From Cyanidioschyzon merolae (taxonomy: Eukaryota), in NCBI GenBank assembly GCA_000091205.1, contig AP006497.2: a stretch of 64,000 bases of DNA; one strand, 5' to 3'. The notes under the pieces are model-generated. The model was not told the origin of the DNA, did not search any database, and saw only the letters and a list, made by a program, of their open reading frames with translations. This document shows positions 34,204 through 43,574 of this stretch, piece after piece. Positions within the stretch are counted from its first letter, which is position 1. Every line of letters begins with the position of its first letter. Both the position numbers and the translations under genes were made by a program.

Positions 34204-34848
34204 CTAGAGCGGTTGCAAAAGATGCGTCTCCACTGTCGTCAATACGAGAATCGTCGCAAAGAATAGGAAAAAGAAGAGCGCCGTTTCGAGTGACCAGCGG
34301 TGCAGACGCGTGAGGAGCCACCAGCTGTGCGCCAACCAGTGACGTGAACGACGCTCGAGCTGGCGTTGCAGTAGAGCGCTGCCCAGCGCACTTACCTCCA
34401 GCGTCAAGAACACGACGGGTGGAGAAAGACTAGACGCTTTAAGCGGTAAACTCGAGTCCAGGTCGTGCAGTTGGGCCCAGGCACCGAAGCCGCAGAGCAC
34501 CGCAGCTAAGCCGAGCACGATTTCCCACGATACTACGGCATATCCGCAGCTCCAGAGCCAGAGTCTTCGACGGAGTTTCGTTTCCACACTCGGAGTGCCA
34601 GCTGTGTTCGCACCAACAGGGGCACGAGTCGGCTGGGTTTCAGCCTCCTGCCGAACACGTCCCGAAAGCCGCAAATGGGCGTCACCGGGCGCACCTTGTT
34701 GGTCTCTACGAGCTGCCTCCTCTACTTCCTCTGGCGCTGAACCACTTGCCACAGCTAAACGTTTCCTTCGGTTCGCGAGGATCCGTTCTCGCCGCCTTGC
34801 TGCCTGTTCCGTGAGCGAGCGGTCACTACCAACCTCGCTTGCCTCCAT
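34204..34848 (-). CDS. Hypothetical small membrane protein (basic N-terminus, 3-4 predicted TM helices)
   Basis: The track start is GTG; the first ATG is at 34848 (MEASEVGSDRSLTEQAARRRERILANRRKRL..). Hydrophobic segments follow (VVSWEIVLGLAAVLCGFGAW, VVFLTLEVSALG, ALFFFLFFATILVLT). Head-to-head with Rpn10. Confidence 0.4.
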   Translation of the reverse strand: MEASEVGSDRSLTEQAARRRERILANRRKRLAVASGSAPEEVEEAARRDQQGAPGDAHLRLSGRVRQEAETQPTRAPVGANTAGTPSVETKLRRRLWLWSCGYAVVSWEIVLGLAAVLCGFGAWAQLHDLDSSLPLKASSLSPPVVFLTLEVSALGSALLQRQLERRSRHWLAHSWWLLTRLHRWSLETALFFFLFFATILVLTTVETHLLQPL

Positions 34849-35144
34849 CCGCTCTTCTCTCACTAAAGAGTACCGTAAAAACCAAAGTCAAACAGTGTCC
34901 AAAACGGCAGGACACTAGTTTCTATCAAGAATATCCCCAGTGTGCTGTCAGCAGCGGTTGATGAGGCGGCTTCGGAGCACCCGCCTCGCAAAAAGGCTAC
35001 CTCCTAGGCGAGACCTGCATTTGTGAACGCTCAAGCGCGCTGCCCAGCTCGTCGAACGGCGCCTCTACAACACAAACCGGCCTTTGGGGTTTCCCAGTTC
35101 AGCGTTGTGACCAGTGCTGAACCGTACCCAGTCTTACGGATAAC

Positions 35145-36401
35145 ATGGTGCTTGAGGCGACGATGATCTGCATTGACAACTCTGAATGGATGCGTAACGG
35201 GGATGTTGCGCCCAGTCGCATGGATGCGCAGCTCGACGCTGTGAACCTGCTGTGTAACGTCAAGCTAGACGAGAACCCCGAGAACACTGTCGGCCTCCTG
35301 ACCTTGGCAGGTCTACCCGGTGGTGGTGCACTTTGGACAGCGAATCACAGTGCGAGCGCTGCTGCAGAAGGTCGTCCACGTTGGCTTGGAACCGGCGCGG
35401 TTTGCCGGGTTCTCATCACGCAGACGCGCGATCCCGGAAGGGTTCTCTCTGCAATGCACCAGGTAATCGTGGAGGGTGAAGTGGACTTTATAGGTGGTCT
35501 TCAGAAGGCGCAACTGGCGCTGAAGCACCGCCAGAACCGAAATCAGCGCCAGAGGATCATTTGCTTCATCGCAAGCCCCGTTGCTGCAACCGCGGAAGAG
35601 CTGGTCCAGCTCGGGCGCAACCTGAAGAAGAATAACGTGGCGGTGGATGTGGTACTTTTTGGAAGCGAATGGAGTGAGAATGAGGAGAAAATGAAGGGGT
35701 TTATTCAGAGTGTGAACGTGGACGATAATTCGCACCTGATCACGGTACCGCCGGGTACAGCGCTCTTAGCGGAGGCACTGATGACGACGCCGCTCATGCA
35801 GAGTGAGCAGGCACTCATGGCTGGTGCTGCAGGCTCGGACGCTCGTTTAAGTGGGACTGGTATCGGCGCCTTTTCTGGCGGAGCAGCTGATATAGGCGGC
35901 TTTGGCTTCGATCCGAGCGCGGACCCCGAGCTTGCGCTAGCGCTCCAAATGTCACTGGAGGAAGAACGTAATCGGCAAGCAGCAGCTGCAGCGGGAGCAG
36001 GATCAGGAGCAGATGCTGTCGAGAACAATGCTCCGGGATCATCTTCGATGACAATGGAGGTCGTGAACGATCGTTCACAGGCTGCTGCTGTGGATTCTCG
36101 AACGAGTCTCCAGAGCCGTTCGGAGGCTGGCAGCATTGGCCATCGACCTGATTCCTCCGCTGCCGCAACAGCGGATTCCGAAGTGGCCGAGAGCTCCGAT
36201 CTTGGTAATGCGAACAGTGACATCGTCAATGACGAGGACGAACAAATGGATGAAGAACTTCGTCTCGCCATAGAGCTCTCCAAGCAAGAGGCATCCACCG
36301 GTGGACGCCAGCCGCGATCGAGCTCTGGCCAGGCACTGGCCCCCGAGGACCAGTCTCCGGATGACTCAAAGAAGAAATCTGAGCCTCGTGGTAGCACTTG
36401 A
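35145..36401 (+). CDS. RPN10: 26S proteasome regulatory subunit Rpn10/PSMD4 (VWA domain + two UIMs)
   Basis: The N-terminal VWA matches Rpn10 (MVLEATMICIDNSEWMRNGDVAPSRMDAQLDAVNLLCNVKLDENPENTVGLLTLAG). The two UIMs are DPELALALQMSLEEE and DEELRLAIELSKQE. ATG start verified. Confidence 0.9.
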   Translation: MVLEATMICIDNSEWMRNGDVAPSRMDAQLDAVNLLCNVKLDENPENTVGLLTLAGLPGGGALWTANHSASAAAEGRPRWLGTGAVCRVLITQTRDPGRVLSAMHQVIVEGEVDFIGGLQKAQLALKHRQNRNQRQRIICFIASPVAATAEELVQLGRNLKKNNVAVDVVLFGSEWSENEEKMKGFIQSVNVDDNSHLITVPPGTALLAEALMTTPLMQSEQALMAGAAGSDARLSGTGIGAFSGGAADIGGFGFDPSADPELALALQMSLEEERNRQAAAAAGAGSGADAVENNAPGSSSMTMEVVNDRSQAAAVDSRTSLQSRSEAGSIGHRPDSSAAATADSEVAESSDLGNANSDIVNDEDEQMDEELRLAIELSKQEASTGGRQPRSSSGQALAPEDQSPDDSKKKSEPRGST

Positions 36402-36526
36402 ACTTGACAGCATAGGAAAATGCGTCCCTGATGGTGCTTCATCGGCTTCCTGTGTTGAAGACAGTGTCCCCGGGTTTTGCACCTTGCGCACGACGATGAC
36501 CCGGTGGTGGCGCCTTGAGGCTAACG

Positions 36527-37549
36527 TTACCGCCGCCGCCGCTGCTGCCGACGACGACGTCGACGTTGCCGCGGCTTTCGTATACGTGCATCAAAGTCGT
36601 TAAACAGTGGCCCTGCGGCAGCAGCAGCAGCAGCAGCAGTAGCAGCGGCACTGGTGATGACTGCGGTATGCAGTCTACGAACGCAGCCGTACATGAATCG
36701 GCGCCCATAAGGTGGCACCTCTACTCTCGACGCCAGCTTGAACAAGCGCTCGGCGAGTTGCTGACGATGCTCTGGTTGAGACAAGTACACGAGCTGGTCT
36801 CGTTGATTTGGTACTGCAGCTGGGGCACGTACCAGCGGTTCCCACAGTCTCTCAAAGGCGCGTCGCATAAGTACTTTGCGGTTGCGCTGCTGCGTGGCGC
36901 TAGCGCGCTCCATCGGCGCAAGATATAGACGTAAGAATGGTTGTACGGCGATATCAACCGGGTGCGTTGAATCAGTGTCCAGGGTAAGTGATTCAAGGCC
37001 GCCCGGCGCTTGACAGAGCACCAGTTCGAGCCACTTGTCGCAGACGTGCAACGCCATCCCGAGTGCTGCGGGTGCCGCTTCGAGATCCAGGTCCGCGCTT
37101 GTCCCTACCAGTGGTTCGAATACGACACGTTCCACAATGCCGGTGAGACGTCGCCAGTGGTCCACCTGATCCACACATAAAGAGGTTGCGGCGCTGAGCG
37201 ACCTGTTTAGCAACGCATAGTACTTGTCCAGCCGTAAATGGTCAATTTCTATCCAGTATCGACAAATTGTCTCCCACATGACCTCAAAATAGAGCCAGTT
37301 GTCCACCGCGAGCCCCAACCACGAACAGAGTCTTTCGAGGGTCCAGTTGATCGCGGACGGTGTGTCGGCGAACCAGAGTGTGTAGTAGAGCGCTCGCCAG
37401 ACCCTTCGCATACCTTTCGGAGAGAGTGGTGCTGGTTCACGTTGGCACAACATCCGCTCTACTTTACGAAGTGCTCGGTTCCGCACTTGCGCATCGGAAG
37501 ATGCCAGTTGCCGCGCGAGCGCTGTCTCTGCAGTTCCTGCGACCGCCAT
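36527..37549 (-). CDS. RRP1: Nop52/RRP1 family nucleolar rRNA-processing protein
   Basis: Matches the Nop52 signature block (LASSDAQVRNRALRKV..VWRALYYTLWFADTPSAIN..YFEVMWETICRYWIEIDHLRLDKYYALLN). Ends in a poly-Arg nuclear-type basic tail (RKPRQRRRRRRQQRRRR). ATG start. Confidence 0.8.
   Translation of the reverse strand: MAVAGTAETALARQLASSDAQVRNRALRKVERMLCQREPAPLSPKGMRRVWRALYYTLWFADTPSAINWTLERLCSWLGLAVDNWLYFEVMWETICRYWIEIDHLRLDKYYALLNRSLSAATSLCVDQVDHWRRLTGIVERVVFEPLVGTSADLDLEAAPAALGMALHVCDKWLELVLCQAPGGLESLTLDTDSTHPVDIAVQPFLRLYLAPMERASATQQRNRKVLMRRAFERLWEPLVRAPAAVPNQRDQLVYLSQPEHRQQLAERLFKLASRVEVPPYGRRFMYGCVRRLHTAVITSAAATAAAAAAAAGPLFNDFDARIRKPRQRRRRRRQQRRRR
36601..36645. repeat. (CAG)n trinucleotide run
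   Basis: gcagcagcagcagcagcagtagcagc, between the Rpn10 and Nop52 genes. Confidence 0.85.
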
Positions 37550-37834
37550 AGTGCTGAACAGCGTTGCAGCGTCCGCTGGGAAGAGACCGGGATTCGAGTC
37601 TCGCGTTACGCACCCGCTCCGGAACTATTCAAGAATATCTCGAGAGCTTGGTGGCTAGTTGCCCGATCCAAACGGCTCAGTTGGTCCAAGTGAAGCGCAG
37701 AAACAACCAGGGTTTCGAGTAAACCAGCACCGTGTCGTTTGGCGGCGGTGTCGCTGGCGTCGCCGCGTTCTCAAGAAGCCGGTTGTTGTCTCGCGGCTCG
37801 TTGGGTTCGTGCCACACCAGCACCAGTTGCCGGG

Positions 37835-38815
37835 GCTGGGGCGTCATCCAGACTCGTGGATGACTTGCGGGTTTACCAGGTGGCTACGATAGCCAAAAGC
37901 TGTTCACTATGCTATTCGGGAACGCTCAGCTAAAACGGTTGCTGCAGGTGTTCCACGAGATGGAACGCTTTGGCGCGGCTGGGGCGTCATCCATACTCGT
38001 GGATGACTTCCGGGTTTACCAGGTGGCTACGATAGCCAAAAGCTGTTGACTTTGCTATTCGGGAACGCTCAGCTAAAACGGTTGCTGCAGGTGTTCCACG
38101 AGCTGGAACGCTTTGGCGCGGCTGGGGCGTCATCCAGACTCGTGGATGACTTCCGGGTTTACCAGGTGGCTACGATAGCCAAAAGCTGTTCACTACGCTA
38201 TTCGGGAACGCTCAGCTAAAACGGTTGCTGCAGGTGTTCCACGAGCTGGAACGCTTTGGCGCGGCTGGGGCGTCATCCAGACTCGTGGATGACTTCCGGG
38301 TTTACCAGGTGGCTACGATAGCCAAAAGCTGTTCACTACGCTATTCGGGAACGCTCAGCTAAAACGGTTGCTGCAGGTGTTCCACGAGCTGGAACGCTTT
38401 GGCGCGGCTGGGGCGTCATCCAGACTCGTGGATGATTTCCGGGTTTACCAGGTGGCTACGATAGCCAAAAGCTGTTGACTTTGCTATTCGGGAACGCTCA
38501 GCTAAAACGGTTGCTGCAGGTGTTCCACGAGATGGAACGCTTTGGCGCGGCTGGGGCGTCATCCAGACTCGTGGATGACTTCCGGGTTTACCAGGTGGCT
38601 ACGATAGCCAAAAGCTGTTCACTATGCTATTCGGGAACGCTCAGCTAAAACGGTTGCTGCAGGTGTTCCACGAGCTGGAACGCTTTGGCGCGGCTGGGGC
38701 GTCATCCAGACTCGTGGATGACTTCCGGGTTTACCAGGTGGCTACGATAGCCAAAAGCTGTTCACTATGCCATTCGGGAACGCTCAGCTAAAACGGTTGC
38801 TGCAGGTGTTCCAGG
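37835..38815. repeat. Satellite-like tandem array, 143-bp unit x ~6.9, >97% identity between copies
   Basis: Unit gctggggcgtcatccagactcgtggatgacttccgggtttaccaggtggctacgatagccaaaagctgttcactatgctattcgggaacgctcagctaaaacggttgctgcaggtgttccacgagctggaacgctttggcgcg. Copies start at 37835, 37978, 38121, 38264, 38407, 38550 and 38693. Each unit has a perfect 8-bp inverted repeat (gtcatcca/tggatgac) around a 6-nt spacer. Confidence 0.95.
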
Positions 38816-40605
38816 CGATGCGGCTCGTGAGCGTTCACGGCGGCGGCTGAGCGGCTTGGACCTTCGTTTCGTCCAGCAGTGTCGTTCAATTGGATTTGTT
38901 TGCGCAGTTCAGAGAGCAGTGATGTCAAAGCGAGTCTCATTTCCCGAAAAGCATTGCGATCCGCATTGATGCGGAAGAGTGTTTTGCCACTTGCAGAGCC
39001 TTTTTCTAGCCAGCACCAACCGGCGCTGTGCTCGCAAAGCTGTTGCAGCTGTTGACGAGCATCCTCGTAGCTTTGAGGAGCACTATCGTGTTGTTGACAC
39101 AGAAAAGCGGTCAACTGGTCAAGTTCTACAGATCGGCGAGGTCTACCCAATACGCATGGCGTCTGAAAGAAGCTGTAAACGAGGTCTGCTGCGTGTATGA
39201 GCCGGCGAATATTGAGGCACGTTTCCTCATGACGCCGACTGGATTCTATGCAGTCCCGCTCTGCCGCTCGATCGCGAATGCGTTGAATGAGCTCCGCTGG
39301 TAAGCACCCGTCGATTTCGAGTGTAGCAGAGAGGGCGTCATTCGTGGACCGCAATACAGCGTTGTCTCTTTGCATTCGTTGATCACGTGAATCGACAGTG
39401 GAAACCTGGGAGAAAGACGCTGGGTGCGACTTGCCGGACGCCGACGACTCTGTGACAGGCGATGCGTAACCGACAAGTTCAGGGCTCTGCATGGACGCGC
39501 AACCGTCTACGTCCATTTCTCGACGGAAACTGGCCCCGGGTCGTGGCGCCGACGCAACCGGCGCCTGTGGGGCGCGCTTCCACGGGGTATGCTCTCCGAC
39601 CAACTCGTCTGCCGGAGAAAAATCATCATTCGTCCGCTTTCGCTTTGCGAATGGTTGTGGTGGCGTTGGTGGTACTGTATCGTGGCTCATGTCCTGGGAA
39701 TTGCATCCATCCGCGAAGCGTCGCTTCCGATGAGCGTGTTGCTGTGGCGAATAGGCTGTAGCGTTCGAATCGCCTTCGAGGATCGGCTTCCCGCACGAAG
39801 GCACATCCAGCGGTTGTGATGCGCTTCGGCGCATTGCTTCATCTGAACAAGCAGGTGCGGGCCGTTCCATGGCCTCGAGACGCTCACGAAGCAGCGCGCG
39901 ACGCTTCATAATGCCATAGGCGTCACCGAAGCGGGTAACTTGGACCGAATCCGCTGAGGATTCCGTTCGCATTGAGGAGAACTGCTCCCGCAGCTCAATG
40001 CACAAGTCGGTTTCGCCAGGTCCGAAACGGTGAATCATAAATACCTCTGGAACTAGCCCCAGTAACTGATCCAGTCGCTGCCTTGTGAGCTCCCGCCGAC
40101 ACTTCCACTGAACCACAGCTTGAACTTGCTCGAATGTAGGTCGTGCTTGGCGAGCCCGGAGCAGTAAGCGTGCACTCTCAATGCCATCCATGATTTCGAG
40201 CAACGGCACCCAGTCTTTTTCTGTTACTTTGGTCCTGCATCCAGTGACGGGCGCACTCCAGTGCTCCTGATCCTCGTTGCAAGACCTCGGAGCAGCAATC
40301 GTGTCGTCGTTGCGCACTCCAGTTGTTGAACCATCGAAGGCGAAAACGCTGGACCCAACAGCCTCGGAACAGTTTCGTTCGGAAACTCCAGAAGCAGCGC
40401 TCAGAGCACGACTTGTGGTTTCTGCTCTATCAGCGGCATCCGAAGCCTCCAGTGTCGTCAAGCTCGCAGACCGCTGAGCGGTGTGTGGCTCCTCAGGCCA
40501 GCCCCTGGGGCTCGTTTGCAAATCCCCGTGCTCAGTTTCCTTTCCATTGCGGAATAGAGCATGAACACGCCTCTGCTTCACATTCGAAAAGTAGTTTGAG
40601 ATCAT
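38788..40605 (-). CDS. CDT1: CDT1-like DNA replication licensing factor (divergent)
   Basis: 605 aa with an ATG start. The central block LLLRARQARPTFEQVQAVVQWKCRRELTRQRLDQLLGLVPEVFMIHRF parallels the metazoan CDT1 core (..[41 protein letters not shown]). The N-terminus is Ser/Ala-rich and disordered. The 3' end of the ORF runs into the last partial 143-bp repeat copy. Confidence 0.5.
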   Translation of the reverse strand: MISNYFSNVKQRRVHALFRNGKETEHGDLQTSPRGWPEEPHTAQRSASLTTLEASDAADRAETTSRALSAASGVSERNCSEAVGSSVFAFDGSTTGVRNDDTIAAPRSCNEDQEHWSAPVTGCRTKVTEKDWVPLLEIMDGIESARLLLRARQARPTFEQVQAVVQWKCRRELTRQRLDQLLGLVPEVFMIHRFGPGETDLCIELREQFSSMRTESSADSVQVTRFGDAYGIMKRRALLRERLEAMERPAPACSDEAMRRSASQPLDVPSCGKPILEGDSNATAYSPQQHAHRKRRFADGCNSQDMSHDTVPPTPPQPFAKRKRTNDDFSPADELVGEHTPWKRAPQAPVASAPRPGASFRREMDVDGCASMQSPELVGYASPVTESSASGKSHPASFSQVSTVDSRDQRMQRDNAVLRSTNDALSATLEIDGCLPAELIQRIRDRAAERDCIESSRRHEETCLNIRRLIHAADLVYSFFQTPCVLGRPRRSVELDQLTAFLCQQHDSAPQSYEDARQQLQQLCEHSAGWCWLEKGSASGKTLFRINADRNAFREMRLALTSLLSELRKQIQLNDTAGRNEGPSRSAAAVNAHEPHRLEHLQQPF

Positions 40606-41729
40606 GGATCGCGCTTACATACGCTCGTGTCCAGAGCAGCCCACACAGAACATGGAATATATCCCCGAGGATGATGAGGCCGTATTCCCGCCCGACCATC
40701 GATGCAGATGCGCGTAACGCCGGAAGCGCCTGTCCCAAAATTTGGCGCGAATCGCGCATGGACCCGTTTGCCGGTGCTACGTGCTGCTTTCGGATTTGCC
40801 TCTCTACTTTACTTGTTCTGTTTAACGGAGCGTTGACAAAGACCAAGCAGCTTGGATTGTGTGCTTGATATAAGCGATTGGAGGAGCATCCATGTCTCGA
40901 CATACCTCCAGGTTTTATGTCGTTTGCTTGTTCTCGTTTTTTTGTGCACGTTCTGGCGTGCGCCCGGTACCCGCAAGGAGCGACCCTGGTACCACGTACA
41001 ACAACGACGTGAATGGGACACGTAGACAGAATGCGTGTGGGATACCAGAGAGAGCGCCGGCTCTAGTTTGTTGATCTATTGACAGTCAAGCATAGGGCAC
41101 GGGGAACGAGTTCCAACTGGGAAGGAGGCTATGCTATCGCCATCTCGTTATGCATTAGGTGGATGATGACGCAGGGTAGCGTGAAGCGCGATGACCATTG
41201 ATTGATCCGACAGTGATTTCCTTAGAAACAATAAATAATGGTACACCATGATCTTGCGCTATTTGTTCATCAGAATCGTTACGAGTGTATACAGAGGGCG
41301 CCCCTGTCCTGCTGGATTGCTCAACGTACCGTGGCAGTGCCTTGCTCCATGCGGGAATCCAGTGCCCGCGGTTCTGGTACCTAATTAACTTTCATTGAAC
41401 CTCTTCAGCGCTTGAAGACAATCCCAGCGCTGAGTACCTAACGATTCCCTTGAGTGCTCAATTGATACGAAACCGCGGGACGTCCAAGGAGCAAATGCCA
41501 TTTCCGTACGTTGATCGATGCGTTCAGGTCTCGATACCGAAGGAGTCTGCGTGTATTGTTGTCGGCAGAATCGTACCGTAGCAAGTCTGTCGCACTCGAC
41601 TGCCGTGGTATCTGGCGTTCAGTCTGCTTACCGCGTGTCATCTCGTGCGTGCGGCTCTGTTCCAGATTCTTCTTCTCTACCCCAACAAGCGTACACTCGT
41701 GCTCGTAATTCTGGTTCGTCGCTCTGAAT

Positions 41730-42110
41730 CTATCGATGAACATCGTACAGTACGGATTCGTGCTTGCGTTGTAGACCCATCGTCGCAGATGCAGGAGTGC
41801 AGCCATTCCGCATCACAGCACAGTGAGCGCCATTGGCTACCAGCGAACGAGGTGACATGTCGATCATTTCCTCTCCCGACTCATTGAACACGTTGGTGAA
41901 CGCAGGCTTCTTGTCTCCGTCCGCTTGAGATAGAAAGACGGCGACTGCGGCTACGCGCTTCGAACGGAGATCCACGCTGACAACAAAGACTGTATGATCA
42001 TCTACCGTGAAATGCTGAAAAGGAGTCTCATCGCTCGAATCGGGCCGAGGTTCCATTACGAAATCGATATCGCATGAGTCTCTATATTGTCGTCGCAAAC
42101 TGCTTTCCAT
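41730..42110 (-). CDS. Hypothetical small protein (126 aa), only ORF in a ~2.6 kb gene-poor stretch
   Basis: ATG start. The composition is protein-like (..TPFQHFTVDDHTVFVVSVDLRSKRVAAVAVFLSQADGDKKPAFTNVFNESGEEMIDMSP..). No family assigned. Confidence 0.3.
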   Translation of the reverse strand: MESSLRRQYRDSCDIDFVMEPRPDSSDETPFQHFTVDDHTVFVVSVDLRSKRVAAVAVFLSQADGDKKPAFTNVFNESGEEMIDMSPRSLVANGAHCAVMRNGCTPASATMGLQRKHESVLYDVHR

Positions 42111-43574
42111 TTTTGCCCGTGAACGAGGAACATTATACGATCTTCGCGAATGCTTTCTCGAACTTTTCGTATGCTTCAGAATTGGCCGCTGCGATGGGCT
42201 CTTTCGTCTTCTCGTTTACTTGGCGGGATGCCATGGATCTAGTAGCTACACTCCAGACCTCTTTCATTCCTGGGGATTCAGCATCGCTGGGTGAACGGTT
42301 GCACTGAAGCTTTCCTTTTCTATGCGCGTGTATCCACTATTCCCTGTGTTACTTTTCGTCGTCTTCGTCGTGAGTGGCGCTCACGGACTGTTGCGCGCCT
42401 TGCCGCTCCCTTTTGCGCACGAACAGAAGAGCAACACAGTATTTCAATGCTGGTGAAGGTAGAGAGCGACGTATTCAAGAACGGTGTCACAGATGCAAAC
42501 GACGCTTCTTTTGGTCCATTCCCGCAAAACCTTCGTTTGACAACAACGAAGACGCCATCGACTGCCTTTAATCGTGAACGATAGGTTTCCACGAATAGCA
42601 ATTGAAGGGAAATCGCAGCTGCGTCGTCATGACCCGCTTTTAAGGGATGTTATGCAACGTGCCCTGACAGCAGTGCAGAAGAATGTCGAAAGCAGAAGCC
42701 TTACGGTGCTTCCACGATGGATGAGGCGTTGAAGGATCCAGTCCGTGTGGCAGTTTGTACGGGATCGCGCGATAGAATCGCCGCTACGACTCGGGTTGTC
42801 GTCATTCTCGCTCGTCCCTTATTGACGAACAGCTGTTGCTACTCTTTGAGCACACATGTGAAGGTCTTCCATTTTCCCAAATGCTCTGCATCGAATGAGA
42901 CGAGCATCTTTTCATCCTCGATTAGGCGTTCGCACTTCGTTAGGAAATCGATCGTGTTCTATTCAGCGCTCCACAGTCTCGCATTGAAGGGTGCTTTTAG
43001 TTTCGATCATTCGTACCTCTTCAATCCCGTTCATATCAACGGCACGGAATATTCACGATCTAGGCTTCTTTGACAGACTTTCTTAGAGGATTTATGGAGA
43101 GGACCGGATTGACGAGGAGACACTCTTTTGTAGAAAGAGTTCGATAAGTTCTGTTTCTGGTGCTCGACGTTCAGAATAGGGAAGAAGAGAACGGTGGTTT
43201 ATCCATCTTATGACAATAAAACGACTGAATTGAAATAGTCCCACTGTTTTATTCGCCAGTGTGCACTGACTGCATCAAGTCTCTCCGCGAAGTCTCTCCA
43301 GTGCGCGAGAGACATTCCTTTCTACTGAATGCCAGGGAGAAAGACCAACAAAAACAAATCATGTATTCTGGCGCAAGTATTAAAGCATTCACCAGTCTAG
43401 GCATGACGCGGTTACATGCCCTGTAGGCGACAACGGCGGCTGCACTCCGTGTGCCGCAATCCAGTCGATGTGCCTCGCGACGTCTTTTCGAAGCGCCAGA
43501 CGGAAAGCGCATCGTTCCATGCGCATGTGCAGTACTCAAGGCAAATGTAGCTCTCCAGAGGGACCAAAATTCTT

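Noticed and set aside
37560-37640. tRNA-like T-loop fragment (ggattcgagtctc)
   Set aside because: No complementary T-stem, acceptor stem or anticodon arm could be folded on either strand. I found no convincing tRNA cloverleaf anywhere in the window by eye, though a proper tRNAscan run was not possible.
27358-38815. Tandem arrays (62-bp, 64-bp and 143-bp units) considered as possible CRISPR arrays
   Set aside because: The units are contiguous with no unique spacers between them, the unit sizes are wrong for CRISPR, and the context is eukaryotic nuclear DNA. They are ordinary tandem or satellite repeats.
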